A DNA stretch of 64,000 nt, taken from Octopus sinensis (taxonomy: Eukaryota). The stretch covers positions 48,360,001 to 48,424,000 of the forward strand of contig NC_043010.1 of the NCBI RefSeq assembly GCF_006345805.1, in the 5' to 3' direction. Shown here in pieces: positions 63,259-64,000 of the stretch. Position numbers and translations under genes: made by a program. The notes beneath the pieces are model-generated. The model did not search any database. It was given only the letters and a program-made list of their open reading frames with translations, and was not told the origin of the DNA. Within the stretch, counting starts at the first letter, position 1; each line of letters starts with the position of its first letter.

Positions 63259-63403
63259 TTCCACCAGTGTGTGTGTGTATTGGTAAGGAATGACCAAAAC
63301 TGGTGTGGTGAGCAAAATTACCTTATGATAGTTAGTTTTGACATTTTTACCAAAGAAGACTTGTCCTTTCATTCTTAGAAGATCAATAAAAGATGTATTA
63401 GAC

Positions 63404-63662
63404 TTGTGGCACTCAATCAGTGTCCAGATGGCCCTTGCAGGGTCCACATAAGATTTCACTGTTGAAATTTATGTGCAATAAATTCCTTATACTTCTTCAA
63501 CACACAAAATATTTTAACAATTTTTTAATACAATTCCTAATAATATTTAATTTTCAAAATATAATGGGACTTTTTCTAAACAGTCAATGGCTTATGGAGG
63601 TCCAGTTGAGTAAAATGGAAACCAAAGGGGTCCACAGGCAAAAAAGTGGTTGAGGATCACTG
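63404..63662. mobile_element. hAT-like MITE
   Basis: 3' TIR ggttgaggatcactg, degenerate 5' TIR; 8-bp TSD tattagac (63396-403, 63663-70). Confidence 0.65.
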
Positions 63663-63841
63663 TATTAGACAAATTGCTAGGGTTGATATTATCAATTAAA
63701 ATCTATGAATGTTGTACCACAGCATTGCTGCATTCCCACATTCCAGTGATTGAAATTAGTAAAAGAATAAAAGAATAAAAGAATACTATAATTTTGTTTC
63801 TTTATCTCTCTTGCACTCTCTCTGTCTCTTCTTATTTCTAG

Positions 63842-63992
63842 GTTGGCTGCCCATATTTGTGGTTATCAGTGTTTTCAGATTGAACTTAGGCGTGGCTATG
63901 ATTATGTGGCTTTCCGTGATGATTTGAAAAAGTTATATGAGCTGGCTGGGTGCAAAAGTGAAAACATTGTCTTCTTATTTAACGATACCCAG
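63842..63992 (+). CDS. DNAH6: Dynein heavy chain exon (LAAHICGYQCFQIELRRGY...VFLFNDTQ)
   Basis: tttctag|G completes AAG; CAG|gtatgt donor 8 nt before the window end. Confidence 0.95.
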
Positions 63993-64000
63993 GTATGTAT

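Overview
Eukaryotic genomic DNA: AT-rich, intron-dominated and packed with microsatellites and transposons. The SINE families present point to an octopod cephalopod, probably Octopus sp. (inference from recalled repeat families). The window lies inside one + strand gene, an axonemal dynein heavy chain most like DNAH6. I traced 17 consecutive GT-AG coding exons (1379-63992; 3018 nt, 1006 codons, phases consistent, no stops). They cover the C-terminal part of AAA1 through the start of AAA4, and the gene runs off both ends. Introns hold about five SINE families, CR1/RTE/Tx1-like LINE remnants, mariner/Tc1 elements, hAT- and piggyBac-like MITEs, a decayed Penelope-like (PLE) reverse transcriptase and a ~0.9 kb near-identical local duplication. 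The most interesting signal is six type I hammerhead-ribozyme motifs from five unrelated sequence families. Five lie in short elements set in (TA)n-type tracts, and three of those elements carry inverted terminal duplications. One is a perfect 64-bp hairpin whose + arm folds into a hammerhead with an intact catalytic core in the sense orientation of the dynein pre-mRNA. No rRNA, true tRNA or CRISPR was found. Repeat coordinates are approximate (about +/-10-20 nt); exon, TSD and hairpin coordinates were counted by hand.
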